DNA of 17,555 nt from Candidatus Methanomethylicia archaeon. Its GTDB lineage: Archaea > Thermoproteota > Methanomethylicia > CALHIW01. The notes below the pieces were generated by a model that worked only from the letters and a program-made list of their open reading frames with translations, was not told where the DNA came from and did no database searches. A program made the translations under genes and the position numbers. Location of the stretch: positions 1 to 17,555 of the forward strand of contig JAWBQF010000044.1 of NCBI GenBank assembly GCA_038845975.1. Reading direction: 5' to 3'. How positions within the stretch are numbered: the stretch's first letter is position 1; each line of letters starts with the position of its first letter. Positions 1 through 8,364 of this stretch are shown one piece after another.

Positions 1-62
1 TATAGGTTATGTTTAGGATATCATTGTCTCAGCTTACTCCACTCTAAGCTAAGACTCGTGGA

Positions 63-428
63 GGAAGCAGGGGCCGTTGGGGTAGGGATGTTCAGATGTT
101 TAAGTCTTAATCCACGTAAGCTAATAAATCTCTTATAGACCTTATCGTTAAGAACAGTTAGGGTTTAGGCGTTAATTTACTTACCATTATATAGGTCTAC
201 ATTAAGTTTCAGGGCCTAGACTCAAAGGCTGTTCTTGAAGATGATAGACTATATTACAGGGTATATATGAAGATCAGGCGTCTAATAGTCTCTTGGGAGG
301 GGGAAAACCTAGTTAAAACATCTAGGGTTAACGGCTTAATCTGGGTTCTGCCATGCGTTGACTTAATGGATTTAAGCATATCTAAGAGGGTTTTGGGCTT
401 AGTAGTTGTGATGATGTATTTAGGCTAA
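63..428 (+). pseudogene. Possible heavily decayed minimal nucleotidyltransferase (MNT antitoxin-like) remnant
   Basis: One frame with several stops reads GSRGRWGRDVQMF...LIDLIVKNS*GLGVN...KAVLEDD...DLMDLSISKRVLGL. This loosely resembles the MNT layout (GS-x-x-R..D-x-D, then L-x-D-L...LGV). Weak resemblance by eye. Confidence 0.22.
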
Positions 429-572
429 TTGTAGGCTTTCTCTAAATCTTAACATAGTAGCTATAGATATCCTTGAAGTCTACCTACTACTGAATGTAAA
501 TGTTAAAGCATACTTCATTAATGGTTATTTTAGAGATTTAAGCTAGCAATACTGGTGTAATGTTCTGTAATC

Positions 573-580
573 TTTAAATT
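573..580 (+). promoter_or_regulatory. Putative TATA box for the box C/D sRNA
   Basis: TTTAAATT about 25 nt upstream of the predicted sRNA 5' end (597-601). The background is AT-rich, so specificity is low. Confidence 0.3.
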
Positions 581-596
581 TGTGGTGTATTAATAT

Positions 597-657
597 ATGT
601 AGATGATGAGTCTGGTTCCTTACTGATTTATGATGATGGTCGCTAGCTCTGATACAT
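597..657 (+). ncRNA. Archaeal box C/D 2'-O-methylation guide sRNA
   Basis: C box ATGATGA 603-609; 13-nt guide GTCTGGTTCCTTA 610-622; D' box CTGA 623-626; C' box ATGATGA 630-636; 12-nt guide TGGTCGCTAGCT 637-648; D box CTGA 649-652; closing stem ATGTA (597-601) / TACAT (653-657). All four boxes are consensus with canonical spacing. Confidence 0.92.
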
Positions 658-690
658 TATAGCTTAATGTCCATATGGCTTATGGTTAAG

Positions 691-698
691 TATAAATT
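691..698 (+). promoter_or_regulatory. Putative TATA box of a leaderless nurA-like transcript
   Basis: TATAAATT preceded by purines (AAG), about 25 nt before the ATG at 720; no obvious SD sequence before that ATG. Confidence 0.35.
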
Positions 699-719
699 TA
701 GGTCTTACATTATGTTTTT

Positions 720-2483
720 ATGGCTTCATCATTTATCTATGCATCCCATCTTACGGAATCTGTTAGGTTTCTCATAGAGCTATTTGAGGATAGGTTGAGG
801 AGTGCTTCAGGTCAGGAATGGCTTAAGTCATTATTTAGAAATATTAACTATACAGTTCTTAACAATTTCTTTAAACAATTTTTCGGTTCCGGTAGTTTTA
901 GGATTTTCGGTGTTGATGGATCTATAGCTCAGGAGGAGAGGCTTGAAATGCTTTTACTATATGTATGTGCTGCTGGATATTACGGTAGGCTTAGTGTTAA
1001 TGGTGATGTTAAAGTTGATGTTTCTAATCCTGAAAGGGAGAAGGATATGGTTTTAACTGTTAGTGTACCGTTATGGATTGAGGATTTACCATTTATTGAG
1101 CCTAAGCTTGGAGGTTCAACAAGCGATTTTGAGATTTCGAGAAGTATTGAAAGCATATCCTACGCATTAATGAAGCTTTCGGAACTTACATTAAGCATGA
1201 AGGCTTTAGATAAAGGTAATGTTAGGATTCTGCTTTTCGACGGTCTCATATCCGGATCCTATAGTCCCCTCCTAAGAGATTTCAGAGTTCTTACGTCTGA
1301 GAGCTCATGCATTATTGAGGGTTTAGATACTCCTAAGGGTAGAGTTAGTAAAGCTGATTTAGTTATTGCTGGAAATATAGGTTCAGGAATCATCAATATT
1401 CCTAGAAGAAGCATATATGCTAAATATGCTTTAGTAAAGTATTTAATTGATAATCATCCAGGTGAATGGGTTAATATTAATGATTTAATATTAAGAGTAG
1501 GTGTTAAGAAAGAAGCTTTTAGAGATCTTATTAAGCTTAACAGTAGACTTAACGGGGAGGTTATTGAGGTTAAAAACGGCCATGTAAAAATCAATGATAA
1601 CCTAGTAAACTACTGGTTTAAAGTTGAATATGCATGTAAAAACGTAATTGAACACATTTTAGAAAGTCGGAGGCATCCATTAATGTTTAGAAATAAATGG
1701 ATAACATCCCTAGATATAAATACTTTAAATCTAATACTACTATATAAGATAATTGATTTAGCTTTGAGAAACAATATACTTGTTGTAGGAATAGCTAAGG
1801 ATACGAATGCTACAGATCTTATTAGAAATGTTAAGATGATTTCTGGGGGAGGAGATCTATCTAGTAAAGTGTTTAACTTGAGAAGTGATCGAGCACTACT
1901 AACAATACTTAGTGCTTTAAACTATGAGAATATAGAAACTCCATGGAGAACATTAGAGTATGATTACTGTTTCTCAACAGTTCTTACAGAGGGTAGTGAG
2001 GTTAAAGCTGTAAGAAAAATTATAACTAGAGAATGTTTCCTCGTGAAAAGCTACTTCCAGCTCAGATCCTCAGATATTGATCCATCAATTAGAAGCCCAG
2101 TATTCTGTTATGATAGACCATACTATCCATTATTCGATAATCTAAACGTTAAAGAAGTTAAAGCTATTGAGAAGAGTAAAACCACTACTATTAAGCCATT
2201 CATTGAGGGTAATGAATACAGCATTATTGGAAACATCATCCTCTATGTTTTAAGCCTATCGGATAATCCTAATATTATTGAGGAAATGGGACATAATCAT
2301 CTACTATTCCTATCAGATAAGCTGGCTAAAACACTTTCCAAACAAGCTCAAACAATGATTAAGGGTATAGCAGATATAGAGCTTGGATCAGTAGCTAGAA
2401 AATATAAAGCATACTTCGCATCAAGAAGATTTAGAGATATACGTTCAGAAGCTGAAAGACTAAGAGAAACTAAAGGATACTAA
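720..2483 (+). CDS. nurA: NurA-family nuclease, enlarged (587 aa), with probable internal winged-helix insert
   Basis: NurA-type motifs: GVDGS (D66), helix MKLSE (E155), LLFDG (D174), VVGIAKD (K360), SDRALL, and C-terminal GHNHLLFLSDKLAK, a variant of the GYPxxLxxAH/D motif. Confidence 0.82.
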   Translation: MASSFIYASHLTESVRFLIELFEDRLRSASGQEWLKSLFRNINYTVLNNFFKQFFGSGSFRIFGVDGSIAQEERLEMLLLYVCAAGYYGRLSVNGDVKVDVSNPEREKDMVLTVSVPLWIEDLPFIEPKLGGSTSDFEISRSIESISYALMKLSELTLSMKALDKGNVRILLFDGLISGSYSPLLRDFRVLTSESSCIIEGLDTPKGRVSKADLVIAGNIGSGIINIPRRSIYAKYALVKYLIDNHPGEWVNINDLILRVGVKKEAFRDLIKLNSRLNGEVIEVKNGHVKINDNLVNYWFKVEYACKNVIEHILESRRHPLMFRNKWITSLDINTLNLILLYKIIDLALRNNILVVGIAKDTNATDLIRNVKMISGGGDLSSKVFNLRSDRALLTILSALNYENIETPWRTLEYDYCFSTVLTEGSEVKAVRKIITRECFLVKSYFQLRSSDIDPSIRSPVFCYDRPYYPLFDNLNVKEVKAIEKSKTTTIKPFIEGNEYSIIGNIILYVLSLSDNPNIIEEMGHNHLLFLSDKLAKTLSKQAQTMIKGIADIELGSVARKYKAYFASRRFRDIRSEAERLRETKGY

Positions 2484-2574
2484 AAGTATATAGGTAATTC
2501 AGCTCTTATAATATGTAAGTGATAGTATAAATAAGAGTATGAAGGATTAACCTTAATATTGAAGTGGTGGTAGC

Positions 2575-2935
2575 TTGGAAATTATTAATTTACTATCTAT
2601 TCAGGTTATAGAGGTTAAAGATTGGATGCATGTTTACTCCTTACGCTGGGCGATTTACGAGGACTGCAAACCTTGCTTGATGCTTGCTCAATGATTATTG
2701 CTGAGCTTGAATTAAGAAAGCCATCATCCTACTCCGAAGTAGCTGATATTCTGACTGAAACTAAACTTCTAAATGGTAATGAGGCTAGTAAACTTAAATC
2801 TTAGGAATAGAGTAGCCCACACCTATAGACGATTAGATCTGGATGAGCTTAAACAGTCGGTAATGAAGCTGTATACTTTAGAGATCTAGCATTAAAACTA
2901 ATGGATGGAGTTAGGGTAAGAAATATTGATCCACC
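2575..2935 (+). pseudogene. HEPN-domain RNase toxin (HepT/DUF86 family) pseudogene
   Basis: GGTGGT then TTG at 2575. Fragments in shifting frames: GLQTLLDACSMIIAELELRKPSSYSEVADIL (ORF 2622-2804), RNRVAHTYRRLDLDEL (Rx4H motif at 2803-2820), and FRDLALKLMDGVRVRNIDP. About three frameshifts. Confidence 0.8.
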
Positions 2936-2952
2936 GAGTGGTGGATCAATAT
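2923..2952. repeat. Perfect 13-bp inverted repeat (hairpin 1)
   Basis: ATATTGATCCACC (2923-2935), loop GAGT, GGTGGATCAATAT (2940-2952). Confidence 0.9.
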
Positions 2953-2958
2953 ATACGC

Positions 2959-2976
2959 TTATCTCCATCAACCTCT
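2959..2976 (+). repeat. 18-bp exact direct copy of 3190-3207
   Basis: TTATCTCCATCAACTCTA occurs at 2959-2976 and inside the neighbouring gene at 3190-3207. Confidence 0.85.
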
Positions 2977-2987
2977 AAGCCTCCTAA

Positions 2988-3020
2988 AAGCTGTTTAGTA
3001 TGGACATTACTAAACAGCTT
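2988..3020. repeat. Perfect 13-bp inverted repeat (hairpin 2), possible terminator between convergent genes
   Basis: AAGCTGTTTAGTA (2988-3000), 7-nt loop, TACTAAACAGCTT (3008-3020); ends 33 nt past the stop of the minus-strand gene at 3053. Confidence 0.85.
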
Positions 3021-3052
3021 AAATTAACTATAAAAATAAGGTTTAGTTTGAT

Positions 3053-3460
3053 TTATGATATTTCTTCAAGATCCTTTAGACTTATTCCTAATTCCTTTGC
3101 TTTCTTAACTATTCTTTCAAGCTCAGCTTTTAACTTCTTTTTCTCTTCCTCACTACTGTATGTAGAGACAGTAAAGGTTTCTATAGGTTTTATCTCCATC
3201 AACTCTACTGTTACTGAGAGTGGTTTAAACTCGCCATGTGGGCCTACCTCATAATTTACTGTAAGCCTAGTTGGCTTATCAGCAGCATTACGCTTATTTA
3301 TCTCCTCAACAAGTTTAGTAGCTAAATCAACCCAAACCTTCTTATTCTCATCTCTAACTCCTGTAGAAGCATTAGTATAGAAGTTTGAGTAAAACCATCT
3401 CTTAGCTCTGAACAAAGCACTTCTACCAGTAGGAGTTATTCTAAACCTCTGAACAGGCAT
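3053..3460 (-). CDS. Small hypothetical protein (135 aa) with C-terminal coiled coil; possibly ThermoDBP/DUF2258-like nucleic-acid-binding fold
   Basis: Clean ORF. The ATG at 3460 follows a GGTGGT SD (the track uses GTG 3469). Basic/aromatic N-terminus, apparent beta-alpha-alpha-beta-beta pattern, charged tail EEEKKKLKAELERIVKKAKELG. The fold assignment is inference only. Confidence 0.75.
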   Translation of the reverse strand: MPVQRFRITPTGRSALFRAKRWFYSNFYTNASTGVRDENKKVWVDLATKLVEEINKRNAADKPTRLTVNYEVGPHGEFKPLSVTVELMEIKPIETFTVSTYSSEEEKKKLKAELERIVKKAKELGISLKDLEEIS

Positions 3461-3910
3461 ATAAACCACCAGCTAATAGTATTTTAGTAGTATTATATTA
3501 TAATTTAATATTATATTATTTTATTTCTAATAATACTATATGGTGTCCTATATATAAATATTATTCATAATGGGTATTTACTTCCCGTAAATATCTATGC
3601 TTAAAACGCTTCTAATATTTATCTAGGCTTTACATCTTTAAACGTATTTACTGATTCAGAAAGCTTATAGCTTCTATATTTATAGAGCTTATCCTACGAC
3701 TACGTCATGTATGTATTCAGATTTCTAACAATATATCTTTCCTATAAGGAGTTTGGTAGGAAGTTTAGAGTCTAGTTTTAAGTGCTGATAGGTTAAATAT
3801 ACTTCCTAATTTATGTTTAAATGTATAGCTATATGTGGTTTGAATCTTTGTAAGGCTGCTAGATAATTATAGGTTTTTATACTGTAGTTATTAATATATT
3901 TGGTGATTGC

Positions 3911-4831
3911 TTGAAAAAAATTTCTTACCGTGATGTTGGGTTGAAGTATACCTTTAACCCGTATGATAAGCCTGTAGCCTATGTTAAGCCTGGTGAAACT
4001 CTAATTTTAGAGGTTGAGGATGCTGCTTCCGGGCAGATAAGGAAGAATGAAGATGTAAGAGATCGAGAGAAGATTCCATTTGCAAATCCTGTTGTGGGCC
4101 CAATATATGTTGAGGACGCTACACCTAAGGATACGTTATCTATAGATGTACTTGATATAAAGCCGTTAATAGGGCAGGGTGCAACATACCTATTTAGTCT
4201 TAGTCAGCTATACGTTTTCGGAATTCCGATACATAGCTTTCTAGATATGCCGTTTAAGCAGAAAACAGTAATATGTAGAGTTAATGGTGAAAAAGTTCAA
4301 TTTAAAGATATTTCCTTACCATATAGGCCTATGATAGGAACCATAGCTACAGCCCCCTATCCAGAGATTGATGCAATATCTTCTAGTGCTCTTCCAGGTA
4401 GGCATGGAGGCAATATGGATATACCTGATATATGTCCAAAATCTACAGTTTATCTTCCAATATTCCATAATGGAGCCTTCCTCTACGTAGGTGATGTACA
4501 TGCCATACAGGGTGATGGAGAAATTTCAGGTGTAGCTATTGAAATGCCTGCTGAAGTTAAAATTCAATTAGGCTTAGTTAAGGGTAAGAGGATAGGATGG
4601 CCTAGAATAGTTAAAGAGGATGAGTTAATGTGTATTGTAACTACTAGTGCTGATAGGGGATTAGAGAATGCTATTAGAACAGCCTACCTTGAACTTATAC
4701 TATGGATGTGTGAGGAATTCGGCTTCGATAAATATGATGCATTAATGCTATGCTCCCAAGTAGGTAGAGTACGAATAGGTAACTTATGGAGTGTAGCTGT
4801 AGGTATTGAGAAGAAGTATCTTAAACAGTAA
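3911..4831 (+). CDS. Acetamidase/formamidase family protein (FmdA/AmdA)
   Basis: Motifs VKPGETL, NPVVGPIYVE, PMIGTIATAP, HGGNMD, GDVHAIQGDGEISGVAIE; TTG start after a GGTGA SD (3902-3906). Confidence 0.93.
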   Translation: MKKISYRDVGLKYTFNPYDKPVAYVKPGETLILEVEDAASGQIRKNEDVRDREKIPFANPVVGPIYVEDATPKDTLSIDVLDIKPLIGQGATYLFSLSQLYVFGIPIHSFLDMPFKQKTVICRVNGEKVQFKDISLPYRPMIGTIATAPYPEIDAISSSALPGRHGGNMDIPDICPKSTVYLPIFHNGAFLYVGDVHAIQGDGEISGVAIEMPAEVKIQLGLVKGKRIGWPRIVKEDELMCIVTTSADRGLENAIRTAYLELILWMCEEFGFDKYDALMLCSQVGRVRIGNLWSVAVGIEKKYLKQ

Positions 4832-4858
4832 TAATGAATCTAGTAAAGTTTATATTTC

Positions 4859-6628
4859 ATGAATGGTTTTTATTTCATGAATCCATTCGATGATTTAAAC
4901 GGCTTCTTCAAGGCTAGGCTTAAATCCTCCCAGATTAAGGAGAGAACATATATGGTTAGAGAGGGATCAATAACCCTTTCAAGTATGCTTGGTATTTTTG
5001 AGGCTGAATTCAATATTAAGGTTTTAAGCAGGCTTGAAAAGCCCTGCTTTATAGCTTCTAAAAGATATGGGGGGGATGGTGATGTATATCTAATATATGA
5101 GGTTATCGGAGTTAAACCAGTTCATTACCAGCTTCTATCTATGAGTCCAAACATGCCTAGAACATTAAGGCTTGACTTTCTTGAAAAAATCGATAAGAGC
5201 TGGGGTGCTAGTGAAGATACATGGATAGATATATATTCTGTATACATAGGATACATTATGAAGTTTAAGAATGGAGAATTTGTTTTCGAGAGGAATGAAA
5301 CAATTTCACCACTAGAAGGCTCTGAAGCTAAGCTTCTATCAATTGAAGCTGTTGATAAGCTTGTTAATGTCCATGGCGGTGTCCCTATAGGAGTTATGGA
5401 GGGGTTTAATAGGGAGTTAACAATTAATCTTGAGAGGCTTATTAAGTATCATGGTGGAGTATTTGGATTTACAGGTGTTGGAAAGTCAAACATTACATCT
5501 GTTATTATTAGAAAAGTATTTGAATACATGCCTGATACAAGAATAGCAATTATAGATACTGCTGGAGAGTATAGTATAGGTCTTCTCGACCTAATTCTTA
5601 AAGATGGAGTAATATATACTACTGAGAATTTTAATCAAAACATTGAATCCTTCATTTCATCCCAGGTTATTCCTGAAACCCTCCTAGAAAAAATTAATAT
5701 TAACGTTTTAGAAGCATCAGTCCAGAAACTATTCAGTAAAGATAGAGTTCAAAAAGTCAGCATGGAGGCTGAAGAATCTCTTGAAGACATAATACAGCTA
5801 TTAGAGGAGGAAGATAGAGCTGAAGCTAAAAGCCTCGCCTTAGATATTAAGAATTTATTAAGAAAGCACAGCATACCGTCATCTACAAGTCTTAAAGAAA
5901 TTGTAAGCCATAAACTACATGATGAAATTCAAGCTATAATTAGTAATTACCAAAATGAATTGAGAAAGTTAAGATTTCCACCTGAAAAGCTAATCTCAAA
6001 AATAGATTATATAGCTAGAATTATTGGGGAGACTAAGGAGGACTCTAAAAGACGTGGTTTAACACCTGAAGCATTAGCTAGTAATCTTACAAGTCCAGTT
6101 AATAGTGAATTTGAGAGGCTTACAGTAATCTATATTCCCGACATATATGATGCAAGAATATTTACAAGTAGACTTATCAATAAGCTATTTGATGAGAGGA
6201 AAAAAAGTATTCAAGGTGCTCGTGTCCTAGTAGTTATTGATGAAGCTCAAGAATTCATTCCAGATAGAGTTGCTAAAGAAGACTATACCTACGATGCAAA
6301 CATAGCTGTTGAGAGACTTCTAAGACAGGGAAGAAAATATAGGCTGCATGGATGGATAAGTACTCAACGTGTAGCCCACCTAAACGTTAACGCAATACAG
6401 CAAATACAGAGCTTCTTCACCGGAACCCTACCGAGAGAGTACGATAGGAGAGTTATTGCTGAAGCTGCAGGTATAAGTCCAGATATACTTGATAAAACAG
6501 CATATTTAGATGTTGGTGAATGGCTATTTATATCCTTCAGAGCTACAAAACTTAAAAACATCCCAGTATTCATAAAAACAGAAGATAATGAAGACATACT
6601 TTCAAATAGATTATTGGGAATGATGTAA
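4859..6628 (+). CDS. HerA-like (DUF87/FtsK-HerA superfamily) ATPase
   Basis: HGGVFGFTGVGKS (Walker A), IIDTAGEY, VVIDEAQEF (Walker B), RQGRKY (arginine finger), ISTQR. Beta-rich N-terminal region compatible with a HAS barrel. Start may be the ATG at 4877. Confidence 0.9.
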   Translation: MNGFYFMNPFDDLNGFFKARLKSSQIKERTYMVREGSITLSSMLGIFEAEFNIKVLSRLEKPCFIASKRYGGDGDVYLIYEVIGVKPVHYQLLSMSPNMPRTLRLDFLEKIDKSWGASEDTWIDIYSVYIGYIMKFKNGEFVFERNETISPLEGSEAKLLSIEAVDKLVNVHGGVPIGVMEGFNRELTINLERLIKYHGGVFGFTGVGKSNITSVIIRKVFEYMPDTRIAIIDTAGEYSIGLLDLILKDGVIYTTENFNQNIESFISSQVIPETLLEKININVLEASVQKLFSKDRVQKVSMEAEESLEDIIQLLEEEDRAEAKSLALDIKNLLRKHSIPSSTSLKEIVSHKLHDEIQAIISNYQNELRKLRFPPEKLISKIDYIARIIGETKEDSKRRGLTPEALASNLTSPVNSEFERLTVIYIPDIYDARIFTSRLINKLFDERKKSIQGARVLVVIDEAQEFIPDRVAKEDYTYDANIAVERLLRQGRKYRLHGWISTQRVAHLNVNAIQQIQSFFTGTLPREYDRRVIAEAAGISPDILDKTAYLDVGEWLFISFRATKLKNIPVFIKTEDNEDILSNRLLGMM

Positions 6629-6961
6629 GTAGGCTAGCATCAACATTTTAAGATTCATACAAGCAGCATACATCACAATACGCTTAGATTTTGCAATAAG
6701 TCTTTTAATAGACTTCATGTAGCTACATAGCGGAAATATAAATTAGCATGGTCTTAATACAGGCTACAACAATCTTACTAAGGAGTATAAAATACTTTTA
6801 TATGGCTTAATTTCTATAGTTTAGGAATTGATCTAGAGAATTAGAAACTTAGGAGACCTTAATATTCCTAATAGGTTGGAATTGAAGATTTTAAAGCATC
6901 ATAGCAATAAACCCTACTATTATCTAGATAAAGCTAGACTTACGCTAATGTAATTCCAAGT

Positions 6962-7654
6962 TTAGACTGCTAAATACTTCTTTACTATATCTATTTCTCT
7001 CTCAAGTCTTTCAGGTTCAGACTCGTATATAAATCTTCCATTAGCTATTATACCTATTTTTGTAGCTATATTCTTCACTATACTTAATCTTATTCCCTGT
7101 TCTACTAGGAGAATGGTTATTCCATCACTTTTTAACCTTCCTAGAAGCTCATATATTCTTCTCGTTAAGATAGGCATAACACCCTCTGTAGGTTCATCTA
7201 GGAGTAGGAGTTTAGGTCTTGTTAAGACAGATCTTATGATTGAAACTATTTTTCTCTCACCACCACTAAGAGCATCAGCTTTTCTATCAAGTAGATGCTT
7301 AAGCTCCGGGTAAAGTGTATAGGCATAGGTAAGATCGATTTTCCTCCTGTTAAGAGCTAGCTGTAGATTCTCTAGTACACTCATACCTGGAAATAGGCCT
7401 GTATAGTCTGGAACATAGCTAACACCTAGAGCTGCTATTCTATATGTTCTCATATTTGATATATCTACTCCTTTAAATAGGATTTTACCGTTTTTAACTA
7501 CATCTATCCCCATGATTGATTTCAGAAGAGTAGTTTTACCAGCTCCATTCCTACCAAGTAGAGCTGTAATTTCACCCTCATTAACCTTCATATCTATGTT
7601 AAACAGTACTTGTGCTTTACCGTAGAATACATTTAAACCTTTAATCTCCAGCAT
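6962..7654 (-). CDS. livF: Branched-chain-amino-acid-type ABC transporter ATPase, LivF-like
   Basis: GRNGAGKTT, LSGGERK, LLLDEPTEG, ILLVEQ. Confidence 0.9.
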   Translation of the reverse strand: MLEIKGLNVFYGKAQVLFNIDMKVNEGEITALLGRNGAGKTTLLKSIMGIDVVKNGKILFKGVDISNMRTYRIAALGVSYVPDYTGLFPGMSVLENLQLALNRRKIDLTYAYTLYPELKHLLDRKADALSGGERKIVSIIRSVLTRPKLLLLDEPTEGVMPILTRRIYELLGRLKSDGITILLVEQGIRLSIVKNIATKIGIIANGRFIYESEPERLEREIDIVKKYLAV

Positions 7655-7662
7655 TTCATCAC

Positions 7663-8364
7663 CTAGCCTAAATACACTTCTTTCACTCTATGATCTAGTG
7701 AGATTTCTTGAGGCTTACCATCAGCTATAACTTCACCTTTATGCATAACTATAACTCGCTTAGATAGGGAGAATACAACATCCATATCATGCTCTACAAT
7801 AACTAAACTGATGTTACTCCCTAAATCCTCAAGTATGCTGGTTATTGATGATTTCTCAGCAGGATTAAGGCCCGCTGTAGGCTCATCTAGGAATAGAATT
7901 TTCGGATGTGTTGCTAATGCTATTGCTAACTCTAAAATTCTTTGAAGTCCATGTGGTAGCTTAAATGCTTTAACATCCCTATATTCGGAAAGCTTAAGCC
8001 TACTAATTACATTATCCACAGTTTCCCTAGCATTATCTTTACCTTGTGAAAGAGCTGATATAAGTATGTTTTCGTAAACCGTCATGTTTTGAAATATATT
8101 GATAATTTGAAACGTTCTATTTAGTCCAAGCATTACCCTTCTACTTGGAGGGAGACCTGTTATATCCCTACCGTAAAGGTAAATCCTCCCATTCTCAGGA
8201 TGAAGCTTACCAGTAATAACATTTATTAGTGTTGTTTTACCAGCACCGTTCGGTCCAATAATTGATGTAGTTTCAAATTCATTTATTGACAGGCTTACCC
8301 TATTTAACGCTACGAAGCCACCAAATTTCTTAGTAACCCCATCAACTCTTACAATCTCCCCCAT
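7663..8364 (-). CDS. livG: Branched-chain-amino-acid-type ABC transporter ATPase, LivG-like
   Basis: FGGFVAL, GPNGAGKTT, RTFQ, LPHG, LDEPTAG, VEHDM, and C-terminal VKEVYLG. Confidence 0.9.
   Translation of the reverse strand: MGEIVRVDGVTKKFGGFVALNRVSLSINEFETTSIIGPNGAGKTTLINVITGKLHPENGRIYLYGRDITGLPPSRRVMLGLNRTFQIINIFQNMTVYENILISALSQGKDNARETVDNVISRLKLSEYRDVKAFKLPHGLQRILELAIALATHPKILFLDEPTAGLNPAEKSSITSILEDLGSNISLVIVEHDMDVVFSLSKRVIVMHKGEVIADGKPQEISLDHRVKEVYLG

Noticed and set aside
408-493. Second box C/D sRNA (GTGATGA ... CTGA)
   Set aside because: No internal D'/C' boxes and the spacing is too long.
3000-3254. 84-aa plus-strand ORF
   Set aside because: Antisense shadow of the 3053-3460 gene; starts inside a hairpin.
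3470-3910. Very AT-rich intergenic stretch as a replication origin
   Set aside because: No repeated ORB-like boxes or adjacent cdc6/orc1; explained as a divergent promoter region.
4316-4501. 61-aa minus-strand ORF
   Set aside because: Antisense within the amidase gene; no motifs.
6364-6597. 77-aa minus-strand ORF
   Set aside because: Antisense shadow of the HerA-like gene.
6717-6728. 12-bp palindrome ATGTAGCTACAT
   Set aside because: Single short palindrome between convergent genes; plausible by chance in AT-rich DNA.
7113-7313. 66-aa plus-strand ORF
   Set aside because: Antisense shadow of livF.
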